A stretch of DNA of 64,000 nucleotides from Octopus sinensis (Eukaryota), in NCBI RefSeq assembly GCF_006345805.1, contig NC_043009.1:25730001-25794000 (forward strand), in the 5' to 3' direction. The notes under the pieces are model-generated. The model worked only from the letters and a program-made list of their open reading frames with translations, ran no database searches and was not told where the DNA came from. Shown piece by piece: positions 51,247-60,105 of the stretch; the stretch's first letter is position 1; the number at the start of each line of letters is the position of its first letter. A program made the position numbers and the translations under genes.

Positions 51247-54200
51247 CATACATACACACACACACACACATATATATGTGCACACACAACACAGCTCTCC
51301 ATCAGGGATCATCATCCTGTCTTCTCTATATTTATATAAGAACTGTTTTGCCTAAGATGTCCCTTTTTAAATTAAGGTGTGATGTGTTACAATAAGGCTG
51401 CTATATCTAGCAGATCATTGATCACATAAAGAATTCCCCTCCCTCCCACACCAGCCCTTAAAGTATGTGATGTCAGATTATCTCCTGCACTGCAATATAA
51501 TATAATTTACATGTGGCCTACATTTCATATCCTTTTAGGCTAGCATGTATAAAAAGGAGCTGTTGAAAGCAGAGTTAGGATTGTTGAAGCAAGAAGTTGC
51601 AGATCAGTAAGTAAATTGCTGTTATTTGCTGTTGTTGTTAGTTTCTTTTTAATCATCATTTGCATCTACTTTTTCGTGCTGACAAATGGATCTGATGGCA
51701 ACTCAACACTTGTCATAATCTTTGCCATTTGGCACACACAAAACCACAGAAAACTGCCCGGCTTTATTCCCGTGTATATTGTATATTGCGTGAAGGTGCA
51801 TGGCCTAGTGGTTTGGGTGCTACACTTGTGACTGTGAGATCGTGGTTTCAATTCTTACACCAGGTGGTGCTTCGTGTTCTTCTGCAAAACACTTCATCTC
51901 ATGTTGATCTGCGATCTCTTCAACACCTGACATGTGGTACACCATGCACCTGTTCAGACAATGTTGATTTGATGGAGGTTAGAGTACTAATGTGCAACAC
52001 AAACATTTGGTCATTATAAACAAATCATCTGTTCAGGTTCATCACCATCATCGTTTATCGTCCGCTTTCCATGCTAGCATGGGTTGGACAGTTTGACTGA
52101 TGACTGGCAAGGTTTCTACAGCTGGATGCCTTTCCTAACGCGAACCACTCCGAGAGTGCAGTGAGTACTTTTTACATGCCACTAGCATGGGAGCCAGTCA
52201 GGGGGCACTGGCACCGACCACGTTTGGATGGTGCTTTTTACGTGCCACCGGCACAGGAGCCTGTCAGTTCAAGAAATTGCAGAACTGTCATTCTCAGACT
52301 CAAGGGACTACCTTTAAATAGTGTATATTGTGGACTGACTGATGGTGGCTACAGAATATCAAGGGCAAAGTAGTATTTCTGATTTTGGTCCCTGCACTGT
52401 ATTACTGCCAGGTGGGCTGGCAGCAGTGATGACATTCAACAAAATGAATGCTTGGCAACCAACTGCAGTTGATGGTACTTCATACATCATTGCAGATTCA
52501 TCTGTGCCATGGAATTAGGCTAGGATCAGGTCTCTCCAATCCTATCTGCCAGTTTTAATGGATCTGTCTATGGTATTGTTCCACCAACATCTCATCTTAG
52601 TTGGAACTTTGCACCTTAAGTTGTTGTGCTTCAGAGGCCACTGTCATTTCCTGCAGTCCTGTAGGTAATACCTGTTGACTTAAATTCTTATCTGAGAGTC
52701 CAGGAAGATGAATCTCAGGAAGATGAACTGAAAGCAATTAAAAGAAGCAGGACAATTTCTCTGATCAAGAAAAGCCAAGATGATGATAGTTTGAACTAGG
52801 TGTATTTTACTGTGTCACCAATACTTGTAAGATTGTCTGTGGATGGACTACGGTGTCCTCTTTTCTTTGTATGAGATCTTGGAGTTAATCCTCGTCTGGT
52901 CAGCTGTGACATCACTTACCGAGACCATCTCTATTGGCCCTCCATTGTATCAATTCTGTTGTAGTTGACTTTGCCATTCATGTCTTTTAGGGTCATTAAA
53001 ATAAGTATCAGTTAAACACTGATGTTGATATAATCGACTTCTCCTTCCCCCCAAAATTGCTGGCCTTGTGCCAAAATTTGAAATCGGTCTTCCAGCTGAT
53101 AATCTGATAATGGCTTTAACCACTACTCTAGCTCACTTCCTACCATGCCCCGAGTCAGAAATTGTCATTCCATCACAGTTTATTTATTATAATATTTTGG
53201 TTCCTTTTTATCTGTCCACAGGTTGACTCCTGAATATTACAATGTTGTGGATTTACATGGAATGAAGATCCATGAAGCTGTTAGCATCACAAAACAATGT
53301 TTACAGGATTATAAAAGAGGTAATACAGTGTTCTTGGCTTTTTTTGTTTCGTTTTTATTATTGTTGTTGCTACTAAGGTGGCAAGCTGGCAGGATCGTCA
53401 GCAGACCGAGCGAAATGCTTAGTGGCAGAAACGTTAGCAGGCCAGGCGAAATGCTTAGCAGTATTTCGTCTGCCGCTACGTTCTGAGTTCAAATTCTGCC
53501 GAGGTTGACTTTGCCTTTCATCCTTTTGGGGTCAATAAAAAAAGTACCAGTTTCGCACTGGGGTCGATATAATTGACTTAATCTGTTTGTCTGTCCTTGT
53601 TTGTCCTCTCTGTGTTTAGCCTCTTGTGGGTTGTAAAGAAATAGGTATTTCACCCTTGATATATTCTGAGTACAAATTCCTCCAAGGTAAACTTTACTTT
53701 TCATACTTTCGGGGTTGATAAAATAAGTATCAGTTGCGTACTGGGGATTTATGTAATTAACTTCCTTCCTCCCCCAAATTTCAGGCCTTGTGCCCATAAC
53801 AGAAGGGATTATTATTGTTGCTATAGATGCTGTCAATGTTGCTATAGATGCTGTCAACACTTGCCTGTTTAGATGTATATGCTATGATACTACTGCCCTC
53901 ATTTGCATATTCTTATCATGATGTGGGTTTGTAAGGGGCATCACATCTTAGAACAGGCACAGGCATGGCTGTGTGGTTAAGAGGTTTGCTTTGTAACCAT
54001 GTGTTTTGGAGTTCAGTTCCATTGCATGGCACCTCAGAAAAGTGTCTTTTGCAGTGGCCATGGGTTGAACACTATCTTGCAAATAAATTTGGTGGACCAG
54101 ACCTGTACAAACCCTTGTGTGTGTGTGTGTGTGTGTGTGTGTATGCTTACATTCTGAGTTATGTGAAAAATAAAACAAAACCTCACTGAGTTATAGTGTG

Positions 54201-57200
54201 TGTCTGTTGATATTTTCCCCATCAACAAATTGCTCTGTAGCTCTATACGTTTGAAGATAAGTGTGATGGAAATATCTTTTACTTGATGACCAGATGAGGG
54301 TTAGTAGCAAGAAGGGCATCTGGCTGTAGAACAATGTCCCGATGTGTGTATTCGTATGGCTGTGAAATTGAACTTGGAAGCACATTGTTGCAAAGTGAAG
54401 CTTACGACACACACTCACACACACACACAGAAAGAGAGAGCTATCATGTGGTCGACTAGGCTCTCTGATGTTATACATTGCTGGTCACTATGTGCTTTGC
54501 ATTGTTTTAGCTTTTGAATAATGTCATTGCACTGGATAAGCAAGCTGATCAACATTTTCTCTGCTCGGCAATCTCTTCCATTGCAGGGTTGTCCATTTAT
54601 AGGTAGGTGGATTGGAACAACATGAAATAAAGTGTTTTGCACAAGAACACAACCTGCAGCTGGTCTGAGAATTGAACCCATGATGTCATGATCATGAGTG
54701 TAACACAATCACTTGGGCACATGTCTCCACATTATATATATGTAGGCCATGTCGGTGGCACGTAAAAAGCATCATCCAATTGTGGTTGATGCCAGCTCCT
54801 CTGGCCCCTGTGCTGGTGGCACGTAAAAAGCACCCACTACACTCTCGGAGTGATTGGCATTAGAAAGGGCATCCAGCTGTAGAAACACTGCCAGATCAGA
54901 TTGGGGCCTGGTGCAGCCTCCTGGCTTCCCAGACTCCAGTCGAACCGTCCATCCCATGTCAGCATGGAAAACGGATGTTAAACGATGATGATGATGTATG
55001 TGCAAGAGAAGGAGAAGCATGGTTATGTGGTTGAGAAATATGCTTCAGAAACACGTTATGGGTTTGGTTTCACTGTGTGGATGCCGTAGGCTGGGTTACC
55101 CTGCTATAGCTGTAGATCAACCAATACATTGTGAGTGAAACTGCTTGATGAGAACTGAAAAAGCCTATTTATGTATATTGTTGCTATTATGTTAAACTGT
55201 CGTATGTCCAAATTTGACCAAATGTGTTTTTTTATCAATATTTATTTTTGCTTGCAGTAGCTGGTTCTTTTAGTCAAACTGTCATATCTCCAGCTACTTC
55301 AGATGCCAAAATATCAAAAATTGTCAAAGTGTAGTGCAACAGTTTTGCTATGGAATGGTGAAACTATTTTTTCGTTTTCTGAAAAAGTTACGTTTTGGAC
55401 TTACGATACTTTTGCATAATAGCAATAATATATATATATATATATAAATAAATAGGAAAAAAACCAATTGAAGGCATTAAAACGTTCGAACAGATATACG
55501 ACACAAAGGTGGACAAGAGAAACAGCAATTAGGACAGCAAAAAAAAAAAGACGGGTCATTCTTGGCTTTCTTTGATGTATATGAGTAGCCATGTAATTCC
55601 TCTAGAACAGGAACTGACTTACACCCCATCCCTTCTCTCATAGCTTGACTTCACCCCCTCATCTCCTAGTGTAACCTACCCAAACCTTAGATTTTGTAAT
55701 CTTGTGGGCTTGCCAGCTCAATGGTGACATTGCTAGTGTTGATGAGATGAAAAAATATCACCCAGTAGACTCTGTAAAGTGGTTGGTGTTAGAAAAGGCA
55801 TCCAGCCATAGAAACCATGTCAAAGCAGAGAATGGAGTGAGCACAATGCAGTCTTAGGACCCATCAATTCCTGTCAAACCATCCAACCCATGCCAGCATG
55901 GAACATGGACATTAAGGGTCTGCAAAGCAAGTCCCAGACATTGTAAAGCATTAGTAGTGACTGAGCTGATCCATGGATAAAGGCATTTTAGACTTAGCCA
56001 TGTTGTCTTGCTCTCATCATCATTTAATGTCTGTCTTCCATGCTCTTATGGGATTGATGGTCCAGCGAAATCGAAGGAGTCTGTTGAGCTCTGCTGTGGC
56101 AATGTTTCTACGGCCGGATGCCCTTCCTGATGTCCACCACCAATTATTTCCAAGTAAGGTAATATCTGCCCTTGAACAGATGGAAGAGACACTGCTTGAA
56201 TGACAGTGGCACTCGTTTACGACTATCAAATGATGTCGAGGCAAGATCTTGTATTACATCATTAAATGTGTTTTATTTTTGTGAAAAGAAAGTTGGCTGT
56301 GGTTTGAGGAAGATTTGGCTGTTGTTTCTTACAGGTTGAGCAAACTATGTGAATGGTCCCTCTCTACTGATAATGTTGATGTTGGGTTGTTGCTAATTGT
56401 TCTGTAAATTTCAGCTTTAGACAATGGTTACATGATGAAGAGAAACCTGACAATAATCACAGGGAAAGGATTGAACAACGTAGCTGGGCGTTCTGTGTTG
56501 AAGCCACCAATTCTCTCCCACATCAAGCAAAATTCATTCCGGTAAGTAGGAAAATGAAAGAAAAATAATATCTTGTGTCATTAGATATCCTACCCCCTTT
56601 GTGCTCTCTTGACTTGGGCCAAGGGACCAAATTCTATCCTTTTGGTAGGGTCCAAATTTCTTAATATTTAATGGTAGTATGATGGCCATATAGTCACTAA
56701 TCTAAAATCTACCTTTACCGATTGTCATCATTATTATTATTATAGATTTGTGGTGAATTGCTTAAATGGTTAAAGCCATGGGTTAAAATTATTAGCACAC
56801 CAGGCAAAAAATGTTTAGTGGCATTTCATTCATCTTTATGTTCAGAGTTCAAATTCTGCCGGGGTCGACTTTGCCTTTCATCCATTCGGGGTTGATAAAA
56901 TAAGTACCAGTTACACACTGTGAGAAGTCTGTGGGGAAAATCACTCACAGCATTCTGCCAAGACAAGCTTCTTTTTCTTTGAAAGAATATGGTTGCCGAG
57001 GGGTCTGGAAGTGAAGTAGTGAACCAGAGACTGGTCTGTTGGAATCCTTTAACCAACAATGCCAATCCTTAAGGTGCACAATATAAATAAAGGAGTGGAT
57101 TATCTGCAGCCAGGAATCAAAACCAGTTCAAAGATTCTCTTCTCGTGGAGCTTATTTCCTCTTGTTCTGCAGTGCTAAAATGATGGTCTTTTACCATTTC

Positions 57201-57597
57201 TCACTATTTGGTTGTGGCCATACTACTTAGAAATGCTACTTTGAATTTCAGTTTCCAAATGTCATATATATATTTGCTAAACATGGATAAGGCAACGAGC
57301 TGGCAGAAACGTTAGCGCGCCGGGCGAAATTCTTAGCAGTCTTTCGTCTGTCGTTACGTTCTGAGTTCAAATTCCGCCGAGGTCGAATTTGCTTTTCATC
57401 CTTTTGGGGGTCGATAAATAAAGTACCAGTTTCGCACTGGGGTCGATGTAATCGACTTGATCCCTTTGTCTGTCCTTGTTTGTCTCCTCTATGTTTAGCC
57501 CCTTGTGGGCAGTAAAGAAATATATTTGCTAAACATGGATTTCTTTTTCTTCTGCAGGTTCATCGAGGACGATGGTTCCATCAAAGTATTTTTCTGA
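27492..57597 (+). CDS. N4BP2: NEDD4-binding protein 2-like (N4BP2/NONU-1 family): PAM2 + P-loop polynucleotide kinase + CUE-like + Smr; 15 coding exons, 5' end incomplete
   Basis: Manual splice reconstruction: 27492-27852, 28873-29009, 32905-32993, 35325-35401, 37994-38101, 39398-40173, 40755-40850, 42801-42970, 46031-46134, 46890-46998, 49736-49909, 51539-51606, 53222-53319, 56415-56541, 57558-57597. All are GT-AG and phase-compatible, with no internal stop and TGA at 57595-57597. Motifs: LMRGCPGSGKSTLA, LSTDDYF, AHAWNQQRA, VIIDNTN, EPNTAWKF, RNTHGV, VDLHG, IITGKG. Confidence 0.9.
28873..29009 (+). CDS. N4BP2: N4BP2-like exon (kinase domain)
   Basis: tttcag acceptor; KLLECLPKNKTAAILSTDDYFKD...LSDAHAWNQQR; donor gtaaat. 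Confidence 0.92.
29314..29808. mobile_element. piggyBac-type MITE (TTAACCCTTTAGCATT...AATGCTGAAAGGTTAA) carrying a SINE D with 10-bp TSD
   Basis: TSD TATCCAGCTC at 29377-29386 and 29648-29657; other copies at 13529-13740, 15312-15830, 32161-32721, 39137-39362, 43834-44056. Confidence 0.75.
30901..30938 (+). ncRNA. Minimal type I hammerhead ribozyme motif (sense, intronic)
   Basis: UUGU-CUGAUGA-ACG(GAAA)UGU-GAAA-CUC(U)GAG-UA-ACAA: full core, stems I, II and III. Confidence 0.72.
32905..32993 (+). CDS. N4BP2: N4BP2-like exon (kinase domain)
   Basis: caacag acceptor; LNAMKEGTDLVIIDNTNLTLWEMEPYANY; donor gtgagt. Confidence 0.92.
33425..34790 (-). mobile_element. Rearranged RTE-clade LINE fragment (late RT region with PHD-type finger, 3' UTR, (GAT)n tail)
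   Basis: Minus strand WPCSICRKGIGRNSIRCTQCKLWTHKRC...FVCGRC...EVVDSLRYLGD; ends in GACGTTAAACGATGATGAT. Confidence 0.8.
34964..35033. repeat. Perfect 70-bp palindrome
   Basis: ACACACATAAATATAAGAGGGAATTTTTTACCACT|AGTGGTAAAAAATTCCCTCTTATATTTATGTGTGT. Confidence 0.95.
35325..35401 (+). CDS. N4BP2: N4BP2-like exon (kinase domain)
   Basis: ttgtcag acceptor; AKENGYFLEIVEPNTAWKFKARKLA; donor gtaagt. Confidence 0.92.
36590..37076. mobile_element. Two tandem ~230-bp piggyBac MITEs
   Basis: TTAACCCTT...AGTAACGAAAGGGTTAA; 36590-36825 and 36850-37076 are near-identical; another copy at 43168-43396. Confidence 0.8.
37994..38101 (+). CDS. N4BP2: N4BP2-like exon (end of kinase domain)
   Basis: gttcag acceptor after T-rich tract; RNTHGVGYEKIVDMLKKYEEV; donor gtaagt. 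Confidence 0.92.
39398..40173 (+). CDS. N4BP2: N4BP2-like large exon (basic stretch then Ser/Asp/Glu-rich linker)
   Basis: Inside the 280-aa ORF; tctttag acceptor, gttagt donor; KRNYKRNRKRHR (possible NLS); ends LLAQLFGPL. Confidence 0.88.
40755..40850 (+). CDS. N4BP2: N4BP2-like exon
   Basis: aaacag acceptor; PDKEGFINTKLSLEHLSSLHK; donor gtaaga; phase 1-1. Confidence 0.8.
41099..41452 (-). mobile_element. Helentron-associated non-autonomous element (HINE/DINE-1-like)
   Basis: Minus strand TTATTACCTCCGCTTTAGTGGAGG hairpin, GTTT/GTCT microsatellite, 3' palindrome CACTCTCTGAGTG, ends CTTGTT. Confidence 0.6.
41450..42672 (-). repeat. Head-to-tail array of degenerate SINE B copies separated by (AAT)n
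   Basis: About 6 units of ~200 bp, each with GGATGAAAGGCAAAGTYGAC...GAATTTGAAC. Confidence 0.85.
42801..42970 (+). CDS. N4BP2: N4BP2-like exon
   Basis: tctcag acceptor; AKNRRSDN...SLSQIMREQQ...ELK; donor gtttgt; phase 1-0. Confidence 0.8.
46031..46134 (+). CDS. N4BP2: N4BP2-like exon (CUE-like domain start)
   Basis: ttttcag acceptor; KLRKLCSEFPGYDPNIIEIIFQEN (CUE FP motif); donor gtgagt. Confidence 0.85.
46890..46998 (+). CDS. N4BP2: N4BP2-like exon (CUE-like domain end)
   Basis: Polypyrimidine tract + ccag; YNYTTTLAFL; donor gtaagt; phase 2-0. Confidence 0.83.
47930..49690 (+). repeat. Head-to-tail array of SINE B copies separated by (ATT)n, with one RTE 3' fragment inserted
   Basis: About 7 units; RTE tail at 48498-48770. 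Confidence 0.85.
49736..49909 (+). CDS. N4BP2: N4BP2-like exon
   Basis: tttcag acceptor; 58 open codons NTPKIYSRN...AKEYNQSQ; donor gtaaga. Confidence 0.75.
50570..51200 (+). mobile_element. Tc1/mariner superfamily (maT/DD37D-like) transposase pseudogene with right end
   Basis: VFGVITSDGDVMPPFIFP, VWQQDSIPCH, WPPNSP-LDYYVW, FRSRLEAVVEANGDFIE*; ends CATCCTG-TA. Confidence 0.8.
51539..51606 (+). CDS. N4BP2: N4BP2-like exon (helical region before Smr)
   Basis: cttttag acceptor; ASMYKKELLKAELGLLKQEVAD; donor gtaagt; phase 0-2. Confidence 0.75.
53222..53319 (+). CDS. N4BP2: N4BP2-like exon (Smr domain, DLHG)
   Basis: ccacag acceptor; VVDLHGMKIHEAV; donor gtaata. Confidence 0.9.
56415..56541 (+). 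CDS. N4BP2: N4BP2-like exon (Smr domain, ITGxG)
   Basis: tttcag acceptor (alternative in-frame AG at 56419-56420); LTIITGKGLNNVAGRSVLKPPI; donor gtaagt. Confidence 0.9.
57558..57597 (+). CDS. N4BP2: N4BP2-like terminal coding exon
   Basis: ttctgcag acceptor; FIEDDGSIKVFF-stop, matching the usual G-x-hydrophobic-x-V end of Smr domains. Confidence 0.85.
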
Positions 57598-60035
57598 AAT
57601 TGCACATTTTGGTTTTTACCTGCTTTCTTGATGGTTCTGATCTTTACACTTACTTGACACCTATACGTTTTGATGGTTGAAACCATTGTATTTACCAAAG
57701 CTGTTTTCCATGACTCTACATGGCACTCTGAGGAAACAATTTCTGGCAGTTCTTTTGGAGTTGCTGTTAGTAGCTCTGAATACGAAACTCACTACAACTG
57801 TTTCCTAATGAGTCTTGAACTTCAGATCCACACAAATGTTACACCTGAAGATCCTTATTAAACTGTTGGAAAATCTCGTTTCTGAGTGTTTTAAACAATA
57901 AATTCTTGGTAACAGTCACTTTTTGATAATCCTTGACATGAAATTCTTGGAAAGAGCACCAAACCTTTGGAAGCTTACTCATGATAGACTTAGACACTAA
58001 AATCTTGGAAACGGTCACAATTATCTCAGATTTTGTGAAACTGTTACACCTGATAAATTCTTCAACCAAATTTTAGGAATATGTTGCTTCTGATAGACCT
58101 CAACAGCAATGGAAATTCTCATTCTGAGAATTCTAAACAATAAACTTTTGGTAGTTGTCACTTTTGATAATCCTTGACATCAAATTCTTGGAAATTGTCA
58201 CCTGTGATATTTTTGGACTTGGAAAACCTTTGGAAACTTCAGCATAATAGGCTTAAACTTCAAAATCTCAGAGACTGGCTGCTCTCAAATGTTCTTGACA
58301 TTAGGCTCTTGAATGTCTTTGATCTCAAACTTTTGGAAACTATCAGTCTCATTGGATTTATAATTCCTGATGATTATAGAAAAAAGCAAAGAAAAAAAAA
58401 AGCAAAGGGAAAAACAGAAATCATGGTCCAAGTTACCAAACTCATTGAAAAACCTTTACTGTGATCATGCTTTAGTCATCAAACATGGAACTGCTTTGCC
58501 ACTCTTAAAGATCATAGATATTTATTCATCTGAGCAATTAATAGGAAAATTCTTAGTTTTGACAGACCTACATTCTAAAACTGCATTATTATTATTACTT
58601 ATTTAATTAATTAATTTATTTATTCTTTAGGCAGCAAACTAGTAGAATGGTTAGCATTGCCAGACAATATGCTTTGTGATATTTCTTCTGTCACTTGATT
58701 TTCTGAGTTCATATTTCACCAAGGTTAACTTCACTTTTCATCCTTTCAGGGTCAATGTAAATGACTGACCCCGCCCCTCAAAATTTCAAGCTGTGTGCCT
58801 CAAGGCATCAAGGCGGCAGAATTAGTCGCATGCTGGACAGAATGCTTAATGGCATTCTGTCAAGCTTTATGTTCAGAGTTCAAAATGCTGCCAAGGTTGA
58901 CTTGGCTTGTCATCCCTTCAAGGGTTGATAAAGTACCAGTTGAGGACGGCTTGATGTACATCGACTAGCTCCCCCCCACACAAAATTTCAGTTCTTATGC
59001 TTATGACAGAAAAAAATTATTACTAAGGCAACAAGCTGGCCAAATTGTTAAGGTACTCGACAGATTGATTGATGACATTGAGTTCAAATACTGCCGAAGT
59101 CAACTCATCTTTTTGGGGTCGATACAATTAGTACCAGTTGAGCACTGGGGTCAATATAGTGGAATTACCCCTTCCATAAAATTACTGGCCTTGTGCTTAT
59201 AGTAGAAAGAACTTATTAATGTCATGTGACCATCATAGTTTTTTTTAAGTTGCTATGATCTCTATCAGCCGTCACTAGGAAAAAACTTTTATAAAATATA
59301 CTTAAGTGGATGGGTTTTTTTTGTATGACCATTGAAACCTGATAAATCTATTTTCTTGACAGTGCTTACTTAAACTACAAACAACAATCACCAAATCAAA
59401 ACTGTTTGATACCCAGATTTCATAAACAACCCCATATATATATATATAACATGTTTTTGCAAAGAATACTTCATACTGTTAAAATATTTAAAGAAAGATT
59501 TTCTTAAAAGTTATTTACTATTTAAATTTTTTTTAGAAAAGCTGAATGATGTACACCTTTTTGAAATGTAATTTTTTGCATTGTAAGTGCTTTCACTTTG
59601 CAAAATTGAACAATGAAAGCACTTTTTGCTCTATATAAAACCTTCCAAAAGGGTTGTCTCATTCTGTTGTTTTGAAAAAAATTTAAATATTTAACTTTTA
59701 GGAAAATCTCTCCTTACATGTGTATATATTATATATATATGCACACACACACACACATACATACACACATATTTTGGTATATTTTTCTATGACCATTTCC
59801 TTTTTTTATCATTTTTTTTTTGTTTTGCATTGGATCTAAGAAGAACATCTTTAAAAGTTCTTTCACCCATGTTGCTTTCTCCCACCTTGTTACATCCAGT
59901 CCATTTCAAGAATATTTTAGTTCCTTCACTGATTTGTTCTTATTGCTGTTGATTTTCTCTTAAACCATTATTTCATCTTTCATGCATACTTATTCACTCG
60001 CTTATATTGTATATACTTTATAATAATAAAAATGT
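57598..60035 (+). other. Putative 3' UTR with AATAAA near 60024
   Basis: Follows the stop codon; AT-rich; AATAAA at 60024-60029; the true end is unknown. Confidence 0.4.
58628..59218 (+). repeat. Three degenerate tandem SINE B copies in the putative 3' UTR
   Basis: Repeated GGCA..GAA..GTTAGCA...GAGTTCAAA...CATCCTTTCAGGGT. Confidence 0.7.
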
Positions 60036-60105
60036 GGTGCAGGGGAACGACCAAGGAACAGAGTAAAACAGAAAGAAATGCACACAGTGGACGCATTCAT
60101 CATTC

